Translations under genes and position numbers: made by a program | Shown here: in pieces, positions 49,159-59,286 of the stretch | Layout of the letters: each line of letters starts with the position of its first letter | Position numbering within the stretch: position 1 is the first letter of the stretch | The notes under the pieces: generated by a model | Databases searched by the model: none | Seen by the model: only the letters and a program-made list of their open reading frames with translations | What the model was told of the DNA's origin: nothing | Assembly: GCA_028277345.1 (NCBI GenBank) | Contig: JANQGM010000011.1 | Span: 206 to 64,205, forward strand | Reading direction: 5' to 3' | DNA from: Candidatus Bipolaricaulota bacterium | GTDB lineage: Bacteria; Bipolaricaulota; Bipolaricaulia; UBA7950; UBA9294 | Length of the DNA: 64,000 nt

Positions 49159-49773
49159 ATGCGATATCGAAGGGGCACCCTTGCGACACTGGCACTGCTC
49201 GCTGGACTGGCTTTGTTGAACGCCTGTACGCTGCCTGCAGAGCCGGAACCTGTGATTCATGCGAGTCGCCTTCGCGGCTATCCACCGCTGGAGGTGTCGT
49301 TTGACTCCGGGCTTTCTGGCGGCACGGAGGCCGATATCGTCAGCTATCACTGGGATTTCGATGATGGTGAGTTCGCCGAATCGGCCTCTCCCGTGCACCT
49401 CTTCGAAAGCAAGGGCGAGCACACCGTTCGTTTGACAATCACGGATACCGAAGGAAAAACCAGGGTGGGAACGCTCGTCATTCATGTACTGAATCGAGTG
49501 CCTCATGCCAGCTTCCGCATTTCCCCTTTCGGCGCGCCCCGCGATTATCCCGTCCAATTCGATGCATCCGAATCCTATGATTCGGATGGCGAGATCGTCT
49601 CCTATCTCTGGGATTTCGGGGATGGCGAGATCGCCGAAGGCATGAACGTCGAACACGTCTTTCCCCGCCAACATGAAGAGTATCGCGTAACGCTCACGGT
49701 GACGGATGAGGACGGTGCGTCCAACAGCACCATCCGCACGGTTATCGTATTGGGATGCGATACCTGCGGCTAA
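49159..49773 (+). CDS. Lipoprotein with two PKD domains
   Basis: Lipobox LLNAC; two PKD repeats (YHWDFDDG; YLWDFGDG...TVTDEDG). Confidence 0.8.
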   Translation: MRYRRGTLATLALLAGLALLNACTLPAEPEPVIHASRLRGYPPLEVSFDSGLSGGTEADIVSYHWDFDDGEFAESASPVHLFESKGEHTVRLTITDTEGKTRVGTLVIHVLNRVPHASFRISPFGAPRDYPVQFDASESYDSDGEIVSYLWDFGDGEIAEGMNVEHVFPRQHEEYRVTLTVTDEDGASNSTIRTVIVLGCDTCG

Positions 49774-49923
49774 CAGCGCCAGTCCGGGCACAGCCCTATC
49801 GCCCTTGCCCACGTCCCTTTACCTCCAGTGGATGCGTTGCGCGGAAACCTCCCCCATAGGATGGCCTGACCAGCACGCAGGGGCACAGTTGCTCGGAAAG
49901 CACGACTGCTAGAAAATCGTCCT

Positions 49924-51090
49924 ATGGACCGAATGACGCACGTGCGCGAACTCGCGGAGAAGATCGGACCTCGGGGATCGACAACGCCTGAGGAGCGTGC
50001 GGCTGCTCGTTACATCCAGAAAACCCTGTCTCTGCTCGGGTATAAGCCTAAGCAAGAATCCTTTCGCAGCGCGCGCTCGGCGTGGCTTCCAGCGGCACTA
50101 TTCTGGAGCACTCTACTGGCCGCTGGATTTCTGTATCTTGGAAGCGGGCGGATCGGCGGCATACTCGCGCTGATTCTCGCCTGCGGAAGCTTGGCATCGA
50201 TGCTGATGGAACTGAGTTTTCGATCCAATCCGCTTCGCTGGATTCTTCCCAAGGAAGAGAGTCAGAACGTGTGGGCAGTGCGTCCATGCGAACGCGAGGA
50301 AAAACACCGGATGGTCTTCGTCGCGCACATGGATACCCATCGAACGCCGCTCGTCTTCTCCAATGCATCGTGGGTTCGATGGTTTGAACGGCTTGTTCCG
50401 ATCGGAATGGGATTCGCGGTGTTGTTGATTCTACTGCTGCTCATTAGCCTCTTTTTCAAGGCCCCTTGGCTATACTGGCTGGCCACACTTCCCATGACGG
50501 CTTCATTCGGAATGCTAATCCTGATGCTACAAGCCGATTTCACTCCGTTCTCACACGGCGCCAATGATAATGCGTCAGGCGTTGCCGCCGTCCTTGGACT
50601 GGCCGAGAGCCTATTAGATCGACCCCTTCTCCATACGTCCGTCTGGTTTGTCTTTACGGGGTGTGAAGAAGTCGGCTGCTATGGGGCGGACGCCTTCCTT
50701 CGCCGCCATCGCGAAGCCCTCGAAGATGCGTTTTGGATCACGCTGGACAACGTCGGGAGCACCGACGGCCATCCCGTCGTCTTATCTCGCGAAACTTTCC
50801 TCCTGACGTCCCAGAGCGATCCTCACCTGCTTCGCACAATGGAGTCCGTCGCGCCCGCCGCTGTCAAGACGATTGCGATGAAAGGCGCCTACACCGAGGG
50901 CGCCATGGGGCGGCGGCATGGCCTACGGGTGCTTACGCTGGAAAGCCATGATGACGATGGCAACCTGACGGACTGGCATCGTCCGACCGATACGATGAAG
51001 AATGTATCATCCGACTGCATCGCCGAAACGGAGCAGTTGGCTCTCAACCTCGCCCGAGCCATCGATGCGGACGCCCCCTTCTCCACATGA
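49924..51090 (+). CDS. M28-family peptidase with N-terminal multi-TM region
   Basis: Zn-ligand motifs (FVAHMDTH; ANDNASGVAAVL; CEEVG). Confidence 0.75.
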   Translation: MDRMTHVRELAEKIGPRGSTTPEERAAARYIQKTLSLLGYKPKQESFRSARSAWLPAALFWSTLLAAGFLYLGSGRIGGILALILACGSLASMLMELSFRSNPLRWILPKEESQNVWAVRPCEREEKHRMVFVAHMDTHRTPLVFSNASWVRWFERLVPIGMGFAVLLILLLLISLFFKAPWLYWLATLPMTASFGMLILMLQADFTPFSHGANDNASGVAAVLGLAESLLDRPLLHTSVWFVFTGCEEVGCYGADAFLRRHREALEDAFWITLDNVGSTDGHPVVLSRETFLLTSQSDPHLLRTMESVAPAAVKTIAMKGAYTEGAMGRRHGLRVLTLESHDDDGNLTDWHRPTDTMKNVSSDCIAETEQLALNLARAIDADAPFST

Positions 51091-51144
51091 GGGCAGCCTC
51101 CGAGAGGCGGAGGCTGCGACTCGAAAACCACACCGACAACGCGT

Positions 51145-51543
51145 CTAGTTCAATCTCTGATTGATTTCAATAAGATTTCCATCCGGGTCGTGGAAATGGG
51201 CCGTACGAAGATTCCAGTCCGCATGCGTCCGCGGAGCCAACGCGAACTTTACACCACGACCGGAAAGATCCTGAAAGGCCTGATCCACATCCGGAACGGC
51301 GAACGCCAAGGCCACATGGGGGCGCCCTTCGTGCTTCGGCTCAGAGAGGCCGAGGGCCTTGGACATCTCTGACCGCTGAAACAATGCTAGTCGAATGCCG
51401 GATCCTTCGAATTCGGAATAGCCCGATTCAAGGTCTCCCTGAAGCAAAGGCAAGCCCAGCGTATCCCGATAGAATCGAACGGCGTCGCGGTAGTTCTCAA
51501 CAAGTAGTCTCACGTAGTTGAATTGATACTCCATGCCATCCAC
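51145..51543 (-). CDS. VOC/glyoxalase-like family protein
   Basis: 132 aa; VOC fold pattern. Confidence 0.7.
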   Translation of the reverse strand: MDGMEYQFNYVRLLVENYRDAVRFYRDTLGLPLLQGDLESGYSEFEGSGIRLALFQRSEMSKALGLSEPKHEGRPHVALAFAVPDVDQAFQDLSGRGVKFALAPRTHADWNLRTAHFHDPDGNLIEINQRLN

Positions 51544-51665
51544 CTCCTGCCTTTAGGATGACTCGCGAAATCAGAATTTCGGTGATGCGCTTGTGGACAT
51601 TCCGTGACGATGCAAAGTTGGCCTAACCTCATTTCCTCTCTAGCATGTGATACAAAGGAGGCATC

Positions 51666-52124
51666 ATGAGGATTCAATCCTTGAGAGTCGGCCTGGTCAT
51701 CGCCGTCACGCTCGCCACGGTTGGCGGAATCGCCCTATCCGTCCAAGCGGGGCGATCGGAGTTCGGATTCGGACTGCCCGTCACCACATCGTTCAGCTTC
51801 TCATCCTACAGCGTCGCGTTTGATGCGTACTATCGCTTGCTTGGCTCCCTGCTGGCTTGGGAAATCGCGCTTCAGAGCAACCCCAGCTTCAGCAGTCTTT
51901 ACCTACGGAACACACTGGCCACGGCGGGCGCGATCCACCTGTGTATCGGCCACATCACGAATCTGATGCCCTACTTTGGCTCCACCGCCTTCACCGTGGG
52001 CCTTGGCGTGACATTGGGGCGGCTCCTCGTGTTCAGAACAGCGTTCAATCTCGCTTTCTCATACAGCATGGGAAGCTTCTATTTCTTCCCAGAGATTCGT
52101 TTCCAAGTCGGAGTCGACCCGTAG
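51666..52124 (+). CDS. Hypothetical exported protein
   Basis: Signal peptide; AAAGGAGG RBS; no motifs. Confidence 0.45.
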   Translation: MRIQSLRVGLVIAVTLATVGGIALSVQAGRSEFGFGLPVTTSFSFSSYSVAFDAYYRLLGSLLAWEIALQSNPSFSSLYLRNTLATAGAIHLCIGHITNLMPYFGSTAFTVGLGVTLGRLLVFRTAFNLAFSYSMGSFYFFPEIRFQVGVDP

Positions 52125-52520
52125 CGGAGGTGGAGGTTATTGAATCCGCAGCATGTTGATCGGTGAGTGGGCGTTGAGAGCCTGGGAGCCTGTCACCCGC
52201 TATCGGTGCACCTCGGAAGCGCGAAAGGCGAGTCTCTTAATCCCGACAATGCAAAATGATACCTTGGGCAAACAGGTCCCAGGTTCTCGTCATTCCATGG
52301 GTGTGCTCATCCTGAAAGGGCTAAGCACGGGTTTCTGCTGTTTCACCGCCACCCTACGTTCAGCTGGAGTGAAGGTGCGATAAAGCGCGCGTTATATTTG
52401 AGTGATATAGGCCCCGCCCGCTTCCAGCCCTGACTTGGGAAAAGCTATTCCTGATGGAATTATCCGTTCTATCTCCAACGCGCGCTGAGTTGCCGCGGTC
52501 CAGACGCCGGAAATCGGATT

Positions 52521-53597
52521 GTGCCGCCGGAATGGATGGAGTACTTTGTCGACGTGTTGATGAACGGGGTACGACGGCTGGCGGCCAGCAGAAGCGTGTG
52601 GACAGGCCTAATTATTTGTGCAATCTTGGTCCTCACCCTCGGCTCCATGTTCTCCATTCGTCGCGTCCGTCAATCGCTACTTCAACGCGCCATCCGCGAT
52701 ACCACCTTGACCGCCGAATCATTTGCGACCGCCGTTGCCCAGTGGCTAGACGAAGACGAACTATCGACCCTTCAACGGGTCGCCCAGATTATGCTCGCGG
52801 GAAGCTCATTGTACGTTCACGTCGTCGACCGGGGCTCGCTGATCCTCCGCGAAGACCACCCGGCATTGAACACAATCGTCGAGCCACTCAATCTTCAAAT
52901 TGAAGCGTTGTCGCGAACCGAGGTCTCGTTTGTGCGTTTCGGCTCTACGTGGTGCCTCGATGCTCGCGTGCCGTTGACCAAGACCGAGATTCCCCAGGGA
53001 TACATACGTATCGGGACGGATGTGGGATTTCTCAAGGGAAAGGTCGTGAGCACCGGGCTGCAAGTGGGGGGGGCAAGCGCAGGCATCGTCACCCTCTTGT
53101 GCGGCTTGGCGTGGGGCATGCAGCGCCGCTACCGCTCCTCGCACGATGGTGTATCTCTGCCCGTAGACGGCGAGGCCGTCGATCCAGCCTCCGATGAGCC
53201 CCGAAACCCGCTGGATATGCAGCGAGGCCCGCTACGCATCGACATCTCGCTCAAATCGGCGTCACTGAACGGACAGAGCCTCAGCTTGCCGCCCAAACTC
53301 TATACCTTGTTATGCCTGCTTGCCGAGAACGACCACCGCGTGGTTGCCGAAAATGAAATCGTGGAAGCGATCTGGCCACCTTCCTTCCGCGCGTCGTCGA
53401 ATGATGTCCGCCAATGCATCCATCGCTTGCGAAAAGGGCTTCGAGAAGCGAGCCCGGGCGCTGAGCGGAGCATTGTCAATGTCAAGGGATTCGGGTATCG
53501 CTTCGATCGTACGAACCTGTCCGAAAGCCCAAGGGGCGCGGAAGACGCGTCTTCCCCCACTCAGAAGGGGCCATCGCTGGAAAGGAGTATCGAATGA
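52521..53597 (+). CDS. Membrane-tethered transcriptional regulator: 2 TM helices flanking a periplasmic sensor loop, C-terminal OmpR/PhoB-type winged-helix DNA-binding domain (no kinase/receiver)
   Basis: TM1 ~res 27-47, TM2 ~res 178-202; C-terminus 'LYTLLCLLAENDHRVVAENEIVEAIWP...VNVKGFGYRFD' = Trans_reg_C signature. Confidence 0.65.
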   Translation: MPPEWMEYFVDVLMNGVRRLAASRSVWTGLIICAILVLTLGSMFSIRRVRQSLLQRAIRDTTLTAESFATAVAQWLDEDELSTLQRVAQIMLAGSSLYVHVVDRGSLILREDHPALNTIVEPLNLQIEALSRTEVSFVRFGSTWCLDARVPLTKTEIPQGYIRIGTDVGFLKGKVVSTGLQVGGASAGIVTLLCGLAWGMQRRYRSSHDGVSLPVDGEAVDPASDEPRNPLDMQRGPLRIDISLKSASLNGQSLSLPPKLYTLLCLLAENDHRVVAENEIVEAIWPPSFRASSNDVRQCIHRLRKGLREASPGAERSIVNVKGFGYRFDRTNLSESPRGAEDASSPTQKGPSLERSIE

Positions 53598-55042
53598 CGC
53601 GCAAATGCCTGCCTATCGCCTTCGCGTTGGGTGCCATCCTCGTTCTGTGTTCCTGCATCGCGTGGGGAACGGGATTTATGTTCAGCGGAGAACCTCTTCG
53701 CGATCTCTCGACGCTTGCCGATGCCGTCGAGTTTGCGCTCTTCCTATCCAAGAACGCCCTCTTGAGCCCTAGCACTGCGGACCTTGGCGCCACCAGCCGT
53801 GAGGTTGTCGCACTGTTACGCGGAGACGTCGTCGACGGGTCCACCCCCTCGAACATCGGATTGCTCGACGGCCTTCAACTGATCCAAGGCGGTATCGATC
53901 AATTGGCGCTTCCGGATTCCACGCGGTGGGAAGTCGATCGCACCCTGCGGCGTATCGTCTCGCTCCTTGAGGCAACGGAACGTGAGATGGCGGCGATCGC
54001 CGATGCATCGTCCAGCGACCCGGAAACCGCCATGTTGCGTGCCTATGCCTACATCGCCGCCGCCCTAGGAAGTGAGGGATTGACGTCCCATCTGCCCGGC
54101 ATCCTCACTGTCATCAATCTTCTTCCCAATGCGACGATCACCGTCCTGCCAGGGGAGTCGTTGCAGAGCGCGATCGATGATCTCCTTCCCGGCGGAACGT
54201 TGCTGTTGGCCTCGGGCATTCATGAGATACGGGGAACGCTTCGCATTGAGAAATCGGTCACCATCGAAACGCAAACAATGGGACAGTCTCCAACCGAAAT
54301 CCGCGCCATGCCCGCCCAACCCCCCTATCCTGCCATTCACATCACCAACGACAGCGACTCAATACCGATACAAGTCCAACTCTCGTCTCTGACCATTGCC
54401 AACGCCCGAGACGGCATCATTGCAGGCGACATCTTTTGGGGTCCCATTGAGCTAACCCTAAAGGACGTGACACTTGAAGCCTGCCTTCGCGCGGGCCTGG
54501 CGCTCTCAGGAGCCGCCGCCGTCCTTGAGGCATGCGCCATCCGCGACAATGGCGAACTGGGCGTGGTCGCTTCCAGGGGGGCTCGCGCCATTCTCGAATC
54601 CTGCACAATCACCGCGAATGGCTCGCTAGAGTACGCCCGGGCGTCCTATCGCATCACGAGCGGCATTCACGTTGTCGATGATGCCGCCGTCACCCTTTCC
54701 AACTGCTCGATCGATGCCAACTTGGGATCAGGAATCCGAGCCGAGAATCAGAGCGCCGTTCATGTCAAACACTCGTCGATCAATGAAAACCTGCTCGACG
54801 GCATTCTCATGTGGGACAAGACAACCTTGGAGCTCGACGATTCGCGCGTTCTTGGCAATCAGGGGATGGGAATCCGTTTCCACGCCTCGGAGTGCGAAAT
54901 TCTCCCTGACGAATTCACGGGGAGGCACTTCGTGGGACAGGTTTCAGGACGCGGGAATACGATCCCAGCGCCAGGGGATCCCCACGCAAATGCGCTCGGA
55001 TCGGTGTGCCCGGAGGCATATGTCACACTCGCACGCCCCTGA
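53594..55042 (+). CDS. Secreted right-handed parallel beta-helix repeat protein
   Basis: Signal peptide; repeated 'NxSIxxNxxxGI' beta-helix rungs; ATGA-coupled to upstream regulator. Confidence 0.55.
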   Translation: MTRKCLPIAFALGAILVLCSCIAWGTGFMFSGEPLRDLSTLADAVEFALFLSKNALLSPSTADLGATSREVVALLRGDVVDGSTPSNIGLLDGLQLIQGGIDQLALPDSTRWEVDRTLRRIVSLLEATEREMAAIADASSSDPETAMLRAYAYIAAALGSEGLTSHLPGILTVINLLPNATITVLPGESLQSAIDDLLPGGTLLLASGIHEIRGTLRIEKSVTIETQTMGQSPTEIRAMPAQPPYPAIHITNDSDSIPIQVQLSSLTIANARDGIIAGDIFWGPIELTLKDVTLEACLRAGLALSGAAAVLEACAIRDNGELGVVASRGARAILESCTITANGSLEYARASYRITSGIHVVDDAAVTLSNCSIDANLGSGIRAENQSAVHVKHSSINENLLDGILMWDKTTLELDDSRVLGNQGMGIRFHASECEILPDEFTGRHFVGQVSGRGNTIPAPGDPHANALGSVCPEAYVTLARP

Positions 55043-55067
55043 TCCGAGCGCGTAGAATCGATGCATC

Positions 55068-56018
55068 ATGACACCACGCCTCCATGTCCTCGTCTATGTG
55101 CGCGAATCATTGCTCAGATATCGAGATCGCCTGCATGATTCCGAGTCCGTGACGTTTCATTTCTGTTGCTCCACAGAGGACGCTGAGGCCGTCATCGAGC
55201 ACGTGGACGTCATCCTCGGCTCCGTTCTTTTTCCGGCCACCCTGCTCGAAAGGGCGTTTCGCACAAAATGGATTCACGTCGCGGGCGCGGGCGTCGATGC
55301 GTTTCTTGCCGGCAGCCGTCCGTGGCGACACGATATCCTTCTGACGCGATCCAGCGTCTCGTTCGGAAACCAAATCGCCGAATACATCCTCGGACACCTA
55401 CTCGCCATGACGCAGCGCGTCTGTGATCTGCATCACCTTCAGCAGGAGTACCGATGGCAACCGCTAGAGCTTGAGTTCATCCGCGGTCGAACGCTCGGGA
55501 TCGCCGGCGCCGGTACGATCGGACGAACCGTGGCTGCTCGCGCCCGTGGAATGGGCATGCGGACTCTGGGCCTTGCCACCTCGGAAAGACACCTTCCGGA
55601 ATTCGATGCCGTCTACACTCCGCTCCAACTCGAGGCGTTCCTGCCTCAACTGAATGTTCTCGCGATTTGTTTGCCGCTCACTCCCGACACCGCAGGCCTA
55701 TTCGGCAAGCATGAGCTCGCCCTATTGCCTCCATCCGCCGTGCTTATCAACGTCGGACGAGGCGCCATCGTCGATGAAGGGGCTCTGCTTCATGCACTCA
55801 AGACCAAGCAGCTTCGCGCCGCCATCCTCGATGTGTTCGAGCGCGAACCACTTCCTACCGATCACCCATTTTGGTCCATGCCGAATGTCACGATCACGCC
55901 ACATCACTCCGGCCACAACATCCCCGATGAAATCATCGATACCTTTCTCGATAACCTGGAGCGATGGCAGGACGGCCGCTCCCTGATCGGCGTCGTGGAC
56001 CCATCGCGCGGATACTGA
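55068..56018 (+). CDS. D-isomer-specific 2-hydroxyacid dehydrogenase (PGDH-like)
   Basis: NAD-binding GIAGAGTIGRTVAARARGMG, catalytic R/E/H region. Confidence 0.85.
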   Translation: MTPRLHVLVYVRESLLRYRDRLHDSESVTFHFCCSTEDAEAVIEHVDVILGSVLFPATLLERAFRTKWIHVAGAGVDAFLAGSRPWRHDILLTRSSVSFGNQIAEYILGHLLAMTQRVCDLHHLQQEYRWQPLELEFIRGRTLGIAGAGTIGRTVAARARGMGMRTLGLATSERHLPEFDAVYTPLQLEAFLPQLNVLAICLPLTPDTAGLFGKHELALLPPSAVLINVGRGAIVDEGALLHALKTKQLRAAILDVFEREPLPTDHPFWSMPNVTITPHHSGHNIPDEIIDTFLDNLERWQDGRSLIGVVDPSRGY

Positions 56019-56085
56019 TCGGCGGCCCTTACCTTCCTCGTGCCGTACAATCACCGCATCATCTTCCCGAAAGCGAGAGTTCCCA

Positions 56086-56796
56086 ATGGTAAAACCCAAT
56101 CGATGGACGCAGCTTGCCACCATCATCTCCATGGCCCTCCTGCTTGCTCTTTCCGGCTGCGATGCGGAGCCAACGCAATCGCCCGCCCCCTCGGACACAG
56201 CATCCACAGACGCTGAACAGGCTCCTTCACCTTCGATGGGAACCTCTGACACGGATGCGGAAAGCGCATCGCCCGTTCCCGATCCAGCCCCACCCGCAGA
56301 GTCTGAGGCCGTAGCAAGTGCCACGGCCATCGACGGCATCGTCTCCGAAGGTGAATATGCCCACACGAGAACCATTGCCGATGTCGTGCTTCACTGGTCA
56401 ACGGACAACGACACGCTCACCATGGCGATGGCCGCCCCCTGCACCGGTTATGTCACTGTCGGATTCGATCCCGAAAACCGTAAGGAAGGCGGCAATTACA
56501 TCATTGGGTATGTGGTGGACGGCGTGGCCGTCGTCCGCGATCACGTCGGCACGCGCGGAAACTTGCATGAGGCGGACGTCGATCTCGGCGGCGAAGACAA
56601 TCTCGTCGCCTATGCCGGATTCGAGGCAGATGGATGGACCACCTTGGAGTTCGTCATTCCACTCGATTCAGGCGACGATCTGGACAAGCCGCTCGTGCCG
56701 GGCAACAAACATATCGTCCTGGTCGCGTATCAGCGCAACCGGGATGATTTGATCTCCGTTCACACGCGCCACGGTGTCGCGCAGGTTGAACTTTAG
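56086..56796 (+). CDS. Lipoprotein with DOMON-like domain (paralog 1 of 3)
   Basis: Lipobox LALSGC; conserved core shared with 57633 and 58476 ORFs (TGYVxxGFDP...GxNYIIG...VRDxxG...GGxDNxxA...EFVIPLDSGDxLDKPLxPG...LVAY...HTRxG). Confidence 0.6.
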   Translation: MVKPNRWTQLATIISMALLLALSGCDAEPTQSPAPSDTASTDAEQAPSPSMGTSDTDAESASPVPDPAPPAESEAVASATAIDGIVSEGEYAHTRTIADVVLHWSTDNDTLTMAMAAPCTGYVTVGFDPENRKEGGNYIIGYVVDGVAVVRDHVGTRGNLHEADVDLGGEDNLVAYAGFEADGWTTLEFVIPLDSGDDLDKPLVPGNKHIVLVAYQRNRDDLISVHTRHGVAQVEL

Positions 56797-57449
56797 CTCG
56801 ACGCGATCCCGTCGTTCTCACGCGCTCGGAGAATCGATCCCAGCGTTTTTCCGAGCTTGACCGCGCGTTGGCGGGGTTCCTCCTGTTCGGAGAAGGGCGG
56901 GGGACGATGCTCTTCTAGAATACAATCCAGAAACCCGTGTGCCGCAACGACGGAGCCAACCGCACAATCCTCGCCGAACCCACAGTCATAGCATTGGGAT
57001 ACACCGTCGGCGCGAAGCGAGCCAACGACCGGCATGAGATTGGAAGTCATGACCCTCTGGATAAATGCAAGAACGGGGGACTCCGTTCGAGACCGATCGA
57101 TGGCCACGGCGATGCCCAGTTTCCCCGCAAGGGTGAAGGTTTCCCGATGCCGAAAGCAGAACGTTCGCTCCAAACAGGCATGCCCCAGCGCATTCAGGGT
57201 TCCGTAGTAGTTGGGAGCGCCGAACACCACGGCATCAGCTGCGATCATTCGCTCGGCAATCGCCGGCCAATCATCGGAGACCACACACCGATTGTCCGCC
57301 GCGCACCCCACGCAGCCCAGACAGCCGGAAATCCGTTTGCCCGCCAAACTGATGAACTCCGTCGGCAAGCTCGTTGCATCGAGAACGGCGTGAACGGCAT
57401 CGCTGGTCACGCTTTGCGTCCTTCCGCTGGCGCTGATGCCAAGGATCAT
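56793..57449 (-). CDS. Iron-sulfur flavoprotein (Isf-like; NADPH-dependent FMN reductase fold with compact CxxCxxCx5C cluster)
   Basis: Flavodoxin-like fold; GCLGCVGCAADNRC; AAAGGAG RBS. Confidence 0.7.
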   Translation of the reverse strand: MILGISASGRTQSVTSDAVHAVLDATSLPTEFISLAGKRISGCLGCVGCAADNRCVVSDDWPAIAERMIAADAVVFGAPNYYGTLNALGHACLERTFCFRHRETFTLAGKLGIAVAIDRSRTESPVLAFIQRVMTSNLMPVVGSLRADGVSQCYDCGFGEDCAVGSVVAAHGFLDCILEEHRPPPFSEQEEPRQRAVKLGKTLGSILRARENDGIASS

Positions 57450-57632
57450 GGGTCTCCTTTCGACCGCGTAAACTTGATTTCCAGGTCAAGTATCCCACGG
57501 CAAGAGTCACCTCGCAATGCGCGTCAACGCCGATTCAGGCCTCGTCATCGCCTCCATGCGGCATCCAGGGTTTTGCTCGTGAAAACCCGAGCGATCCGCT
57601 CGCGCCTGTGAAGGCGCCGGGTTTGACGGCGA

Positions 57633-58397
57633 GTGTGTTCCCAAGGCATTCTCTACAATGAATCGTCCCCCAAGGAGGAAATCATGGGAAAAACGATACT
57701 GTATATCCTGGTTGGAACCGCCGTTGCCGGCGCACTGGCCGTTCTTCTGCTTCTTGCACCCATGACCCAGCAGCCCACAGTGATTGACGAAAGCCCTGTC
57801 GCAACGAGCATCGACACGCCCCCTGAGGACACGGCTGCCCTCCCGACAGAGGGCGTCGAGGAGGATGAGGCTGTCGACGCCATGCCGGAGACGCCCATCG
57901 CTGCACCGCCGACGATCGCCATCGACGGCACGATCGGATCCAGCGAGTACCCTCACCAAGCGGATATCGCCGGTGTCGACGTCTACTGGGCAAACGACAC
58001 CCACCGGCTTTTCATCGGGCTTGTATCGCCGGGAACAGGATTCGTTTCGATTGGGTTCGATCCCGTCCTTCAAATGGAAGGCGCCAACTACATTATCGCA
58101 TCCGTTCATGAGGGAGAACTGACGATCCGAGACGATTACGGACACGAGCCCTTGGGACATATTGACGATACCGCCCGGGGAGGCGTAGACAACATCCTGG
58201 CCGCGGCGGGCAACGAATGGCCGGATCAAACCGTCGTCGAGTTCGTCATTCCGTTGGACTCGGGAGATGCCATGGATAAGCCGCTCCGTCCCGGGCAAGA
58301 CGTCACGGTTCTGGTGGCCTATCACAGCCTCTTGGACAGCTTTACCAACCGTCACACGCGGAGGGGCAGCGGATCCATCCAATTGGATCTCTACTAG
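57633..58397 (+). CDS. Membrane-anchored secreted DOMON-like domain protein (paralog 2 of 3)
   Basis: AAGGAGG RBS; N-terminal TM anchor; paralogy with 56086 and 58476. Confidence 0.6.
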   Translation: MCSQGILYNESSPKEEIMGKTILYILVGTAVAGALAVLLLLAPMTQQPTVIDESPVATSIDTPPEDTAALPTEGVEEDEAVDAMPETPIAAPPTIAIDGTIGSSEYPHQADIAGVDVYWANDTHRLFIGLVSPGTGFVSIGFDPVLQMEGANYIIASVHEGELTIRDDYGHEPLGHIDDTARGGVDNILAAAGNEWPDQTVVEFVIPLDSGDAMDKPLRPGQDVTVLVAYHSLLDSFTNRHTRRGSGSIQLDLY

Positions 58398-58475
58398 CCG
58401 AGGACACGGTTCGCCTGATTTGGGTCGCGGCCCACATTCGTTTACAGTGCTACTGACGAATCTCCACGGGGGTGA

Positions 58476-59216
58476 ATGGCTATGTGGGCGATCGATCAGT
58501 CGGACCTTATTCTCATTGGTGTTCTTGTCGGCTTGGCGCTTTTTGTCGGCGTGCTCTTCCTCGTAACACCTTCGGACGCGCCGCAACCCGTCAGTATTGT
58601 GACTCACCCGGAAGCGCCGGTTCCCCCATCTCCGGCTGAACCACTGCCTCCACAAGAGGTTCCCATGCCTGCCGTTGAGCCTCCTCAGATCGATGTCAGC
58701 ATGCCCGAGTCTTCCTTGCCATCGGTTCCCATCGTTGACGGCATCATCCAGACCGAAGAGTATGCGCATGCCATGGAAGCCGGCGGATTTCGCGTCTTCT
58801 GGTCAAACGACGCCGCCATTCTGAGAATGGGCTTGTTCAGCCCGGGAACCGGCTACGTCGCCATCGGCCTCGACCCGGATCATCGCATGCAGGGCGCCAA
58901 CTACATCATCGGCACGGTTCGAGACGGGCAGGTGGACGTTCGCGATGATTATGGGCTAGGTCCCCTCACCCACGGCGCCGATACCGACCATGGGGGCGTT
59001 GACAACATCCTGGCCTCGGCGGGGAAGGAACTCAACGGCCAGACAACGATTGAATTCGTCATTCCCCTGGATTCCGGCGACCCCTTGGACAAGCCGTTGG
59101 TTCCTGGAGAAACGTACGAAATCCTTGTCGCCTTCCACGCGTCCTCGGATACGTTCTCCACTCGCCATTCTCAGCGCGGCTCAGGGGAGATCCGTCTTGA
59201 CGATCCGCGCCCATAG
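58476..59216 (+). CDS. Membrane-anchored secreted DOMON-like domain protein (paralog 3 of 3)
   Basis: N-terminal TM anchor; Pro-rich linker; same conserved core. Confidence 0.6.
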   Translation: MAMWAIDQSDLILIGVLVGLALFVGVLFLVTPSDAPQPVSIVTHPEAPVPPSPAEPLPPQEVPMPAVEPPQIDVSMPESSLPSVPIVDGIIQTEEYAHAMEAGGFRVFWSNDAAILRMGLFSPGTGYVAIGLDPDHRMQGANYIIGTVRDGQVDVRDDYGLGPLTHGADTDHGGVDNILASAGKELNGQTTIEFVIPLDSGDPLDKPLVPGETYEILVAFHASSDTFSTRHSQRGSGEIRLDDPRP

Positions 59217-59286
59217 CTTGATTTGCCCTTCTCATCGAGGTAGCATCCCGCTTCGTTGCAGAAACTGATGAGTGAGGACCCCAACC

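Noticed and set aside
57507-58769. 420-aa minus-strand ORF
   Set aside because: Spans two well-supported plus-strand paralogous genes; Arg-rich artefact.
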